A stretch of 64,000 bases of DNA from Lama guanicoe (Eukaryota), in NCBI GenBank assembly GCA_013239625.1, contig MU057073.1, positions 1,411,426 through 1,475,425 of the forward strand, in the 5' to 3' direction. The notes beneath the pieces are model-generated. The model ran no database searches and was not told where the DNA came from. It worked only from the letters and a program-made list of their open reading frames with translations. Of the stretch, positions 44,016-64,000 are shown in pieces. The first letter of the stretch is position 1. Each line of letters begins with the position of its first letter. Position numbers and translations under genes: made by a program.

Positions 44016-46772
44016 CACAAGTTCTTGCTGCTCTTCAGAAAAGAATGTCAAAATGTTTAACATAATTCTACGAATAGTACTACTCCTGCTGTTCAGTTCA
44101 AAATCCAGTGCTACACTACCACAGTACTATTTGTAATATTCCTGCACTAGATGCTCAGCAGAATACAGAAGAGCAGTTTCACTCAGATTCTAAAAGTACT
44201 TCTTGTTTTATGCACACACACGCGCGCACACGCACACTCTCTCCCCCCACCACCCCTCTCCCCACCCCCCACCCCCAACAACGGGCTTGGGAGCAGCACG
44301 TGGTCCCAGGGACACTGGATCAAGTCTGCCCACCCTCCCTGCTCTCGCCAGCTGGGACCCTCGCCCGTGAGAACCAGCAGGAAGGACAGGACAAACCCAC
44401 CAAACCAGGGGGACTTCTACTCAATACAGGCTTTAGAGGTGGGGAGTTTCACTCCATTTCAACACATCTTCATACTGTCATGAATTATTTACATCAAAAC
44501 AGTGGGCTTCTGAACAGAAGCTAAGAGTATGATGTACTAGTTAAGAGCTACACAGCGGTAATTAGCATCTACGGATTGCAGGTGATTTGGTGGTTTTTAA
44601 TTTTTTTTCTCTGGTATATTCTAGTTGGCTTCCTAATACAATTTCTTAAAAATAAAAATTAAGCTACTTATAATTAACAGTATTATTTTATTCCCCAGTA
44701 ATCCAGGAAGAGTTCAGTGTATTAAAAGCTTTTAGGGAAAAAACTAGCACGGGAAACAACAGGAAAAGAATGGGGACATGGGGGTGGGCCACTTCCAAAG
44801 GACCCCAGTAGATACTGGCACCCGAGACAAAAAGTCTAGTGTAGATGAAGGCTGACTCTGGGACTTGGGTTCTACTCAGAATGCAAGCGGCGTGGTGTGT
44901 CCTGGTGGGACCACCGCAAATACAACTCCCTCAGAACAGGGCAGCCCCGAGGCCCCAAGGCCCCAGTGAGGACCCGGCTGCCAGGGGCCAACACGGTAGA
45001 CCGCCGTTAACACAAAGCCTCGTGGACACAGGGTAAACGGAACCCAGACCTTCCAGAAAGGGTTCCTATGCACAGAGCGTCTGTGTTTTTAGAGGCAGGA
45101 TCATAAAAGAGAACTAATTCAGACTTTTTTTTTTAATTCAGACCTGACGGTGATTTGTACACCTGCACAATTCATACAAAAACAAGCTCGATGAAGTTGT
45201 ATTTTCAAGTACTTTAATCACAGTATTTATGATCATAAAGGGAAGGAACAGAATTGTACTTCCCTAAACAAATTACCTACCATGTCAAGAATCTGATCCA
45301 AGAACTTCATATGAATTATTAGAATATGTGCAGTAACCTTATTTTTATTTTAACAGCATACAACTCAGTTCTGTGCTGACCCAGACTTACAGCAATCTGC
45401 AGGGAGCAGTCATTATAACCCAGCTCGCCTTACCTTAGACCACACCGCCCTCTGTTGTAAATGCCACTTCCGGATGTTGAGAGGGCCTAGGCCTAGTCCG
45501 AGTGGATGGCTGCGCGAACCCCAGGGAGAGGGCCTGCCCCCCCAGTTCCAGTCCTCCCCACAGAGCAGCTCAGCGCTCTCCCTACGGCAGAAGTTCCCAA
45601 ACTTCTTAAAGAGTGCTGAAATATTTTAAATCTTTTTAAAAAGTTAAAATCCAATGCAGAACCCCAATAAGAAAATAAAATCTAAACGGCATTTTCTCAA
45701 CCCACAGGTGTAAAAAGTTCTTATGACAATGAAGTTAAACAGAACAACGAAGCTGCCCTGCAGAACCCGCAATCCGAAACATGAAGTTACAGACGACAGG
45801 TCTGGCCTCAACTCCCAATTTATTTCTATCTTTTCTCTTGACTGCATAACACTGAGAAAATCCTGACACAGAGATAAGCAGCTGCAAACAGCAACAACTC
45901 TTAAACTGTCTGCCTTGTACTGCCAGGGCAACTTGCACTCACACGGGAACAGAACAGACACTCTATTCTCACACCTGGGCAGAGACTGATGTGGGGCTGC
46001 AGTGTGTTAACATCTAAACCGAAGATACTGGAAATGGGCCCCTTTGGTTGCATATAATTATAGCTCAATAAAGTTGATTTTAAAAACATCTAAATGTGCA
46101 TACTGCCTTTCTGGCCTCTTAAAACATAAATGTCTTTACAATTTAAAAAAATCCTTGAAATAAAAAATGCAGGTACACTGAGCTCTAAAATTATACCTAA
46201 GGGAATGTTTTCTATAGGTATACAGGGACACAAAATAGGGTACAAATTTTATTCTTTGAAACTACTGCAATGGAAAAATATTAAATAATCTTGAGTATCA
46301 ATTTTTAAAAAAACAAAAAAACACAAATGATTTGAAAGTAAAATTCAAATCAAAGGTGGGAGTGAGCAGCACTACTGCCTCTGAGCCTTCGAGCTTCCAA
46401 AGGAAACCAGCCTGAGCGCCACGGCCTCCGGGAGGAGGCCCCAGCTCGCGGCTGTCCCGCTCTGGCAACCTGAGCAGCGCTCTATCTGCTGCGTCAGGTG
46501 AGACTCCATTTAAAGAAAGGGTTCCTCTCGCTGCTCAAAGTGCTGGATGACCCAAGATCTCGATTCTTCCAGTCAGTCGAACCCTGGGCCAAGTAAAGCG
46601 CCCTGGGATGGATTCTGTCAGGCTGTGAACTGCTAGTGTCCAGAAGTCAAGGAGAAAGATACCCCACGCCCAGCGGGTGAGCGTCCCGAATGGCAGCACG
46701 TCCCCAGGGAGAGGGACGTGGAACCACAGGGGAGCAAGCAGGCTCTTGAGGGGACAGCTTCTACCCGCTGCA

Positions 46773-46862
46773 CTAGGGATTCCAGCCGCAGTCCCAGCAG
46801 GAAGCCGCCCGCCAACCCCTCCCCAAGAGGGGAGGCAGCACTCCCTCAGCCCCAGCCTCCGC
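46773..46862 (-). CDS. KLC1: Candidate KLC1 alternative terminal exon AEAGAEGVLPPLLGRGWRAASCWDCGWNP*
   Basis: TACTGAC branch point and ttaccgtcttcaag acceptor, phase 0, 30 codons; AATAAA (-) at 46248-46253. Partial similarity (AE...PLLG[RK]G) to a recalled minor human tail. Confidence 0.45.
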   Translation of the reverse strand, partial: AEAGAEGVLPPLLGRGWRAASCWDCGWNP

Positions 46863-48193
46863 CTTGAAGACGGTAACAGGATGCTGAGGTGTCAGTAACG
46901 TGATCATCACATGATTTGAAAGGTTGACCTAGAAATACTGTCTCAAGAGAAAGCTCCACTAGGACCTCACGAGAGAACCAGCGCCTGCTCCCTGGCTCCT
47001 GAGGGACAGAGGCCGGCCGGGCCTCTGCACAAAGCATGCGGACGACGCGGCGCAGGGGGAGCACAGTCCACGGCGTGGCTGGACGTGGGCAGGGCAGGCC
47101 AGCCGTCCTCGCGTGCACCTGGCTGCGGCCCCGCGGGGCCAAGGGGTCAAAGCAGATGCTGATTGGTTGTCTTGGCACAGGAGAAACCAAAGCAAGAAAG
47201 CTGCCAGATAAAGACAGTCAAAAAAGATGTTCCTCCCTGAGATTCTGGCCAACAACCTCCTGTACGAGATGTCTGTCTAGAATGCTGACCCCTACCAAAC
47301 TGCTACAGCTACGGAAAACCCCAAGAGTATGTAGATTCAAAAAGACAGATTATAAGAAAGCCCCAAATTCCTATTTGGTAAAACATCTGTACAATTACAA
47401 CTAGTCAAACTGCATTACGTGACTTCAGAAAAAATCAATAGTGCACCTGAATGCATTAGAGCTAATCCTGCATTCAACCCTCCCTGATAACAGCAAAACT
47501 CCAAAGACATCAGTTCCACGTGCAAAAACACTATCCACGTGTTACAAAAATTCACTAGAAAGAAAATGTCCAGAAGGCCACATGCTCTTTGGCAACCACT
47601 GGAGAAACAGCGGTGCAAGAATCTCTGCAGAGGCAGAGGCTGGCCATGGAGGGGACGCTTCCAACACAGCACACGCTCGGGAGACACCTGCAGCAGGCAC
47701 GTCACTGTGAAGTGTGGTGAACCACCAGGCTCCTCAGGGGACGGAGCTGGGGCGCAAAGAGCAGCTGCCCTAACATCTTTGCTCCTGAACTGCTCTTTTC
47801 TATAGTCAAGCTCTGTCTGAAACGTCATTTTCCTTTAAAGTATTTAAACTAATTCTAACAGAATCTATAGCAGCCTGGTCAGTGAAATTAGGAGCACTGA
47901 AGTTAGCGATGAAAATGGGTAAGTTAAAAAAGCAAGTTAGTTATCTGCCACACTAATCCTAACATTAAAATAAAACCAGATTATGGATTATGCTTTAAAT
48001 AACCAGGACACTCAATCAGCATTTAAGTGCTCAAAGTGAAGCCAAACAGCTTTCATGGACTCCTAAGAGGAAGAAAATTACCGCTTCCAACAAGTGACAG
48101 CCTTGGGCACTGGCGGAAGGTGACCTACAAGGGCCTAGCTGGGACTCACTGAGGAAGGAGGCCGGCGAGGCTCCTGCCGTGCACTGTACTTAC

Positions 48194-63601
<15,408 letters not shown>

Positions 63602-64000
63602 TCAGAACATCTACAAAAATACTTATTTTTTTCTGTCTGAGAGCATCGCAAATGGACCAGCAATGCACAGGCAGCTACTCTTCTGATGAAGCTGTATTTT
63701 TTTACTTTCAGTCTAGACAACTCCAACAGAATTTCTCAGAGACCTTTTCCACCAGTGAGAGCACGTGCACATGCCTGTGTATGTGTGCAGAGTGTGCAGG
63801 TCACTCTGTGAGGGCTGGTGGTGGAGCTGAGGTGGGGCAGGCTGACAAGCCTTCCATGTTCCACGGTTAAGGGAGGAAAGCTTGGTGGCTAGCACAGAGA
63901 GTCAGAATTCCCCAACACATTCACAAGCTGAGATTGTATCAGGCTCTACCTGTGGTGCACTGACGAGGCTCAGGGACACCTGCCTGAGGCCGTGCCCAGT

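Overview
This is GC-rich mammalian genomic DNA. It is probably a camelid, judging by a tRNA-derived SINE and an L1 3' end that resemble camelid elements (recognised from memory, not searched). It is syntenic with the human 14q32.33 cluster of four interlocked genes. (1) The 3' part of PPP1R13B/ASPP1 (+, 9 coding exons, stop at 9555) lies tail-to-tail with (2) a complete ZFYVE21 (-, 234 aa, plus an 18-aa cassette exon). ZFYVE21 shares a CpG-island bidirectional promoter with (3) a complete XRCC3 (+, 346 aa). XRCC3 is overlapped in antisense by the alternatively spliced 3' end of (4) KLC1 (-, 5' exons outside the window). All exon boundaries were placed by hand and checked for phase and splice dinucleotides. 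I found no new gene family, and the long ORFs outside exons look like GC artefacts. The main points of interest are architectural: KLC1 tail and poly(A) choice sets how far it runs antisense through XRCC3; a dual-frame KLC1 exon is nested in an XRCC3 intron; there are three paired bidirectional poly(A) signals; one KLC1 coding exon derives from a MIR; one KLC1 donor is an atypical GC; an ASPP1 micro-intron is stop-free and in frame; ASPP1 and XRCC3 carry substitutions at functional motifs; and there are nested or atypical TE insertions. Comparisons with human/mouse proteins and repeat consensus sequences are from memory and need confirming by alignment.
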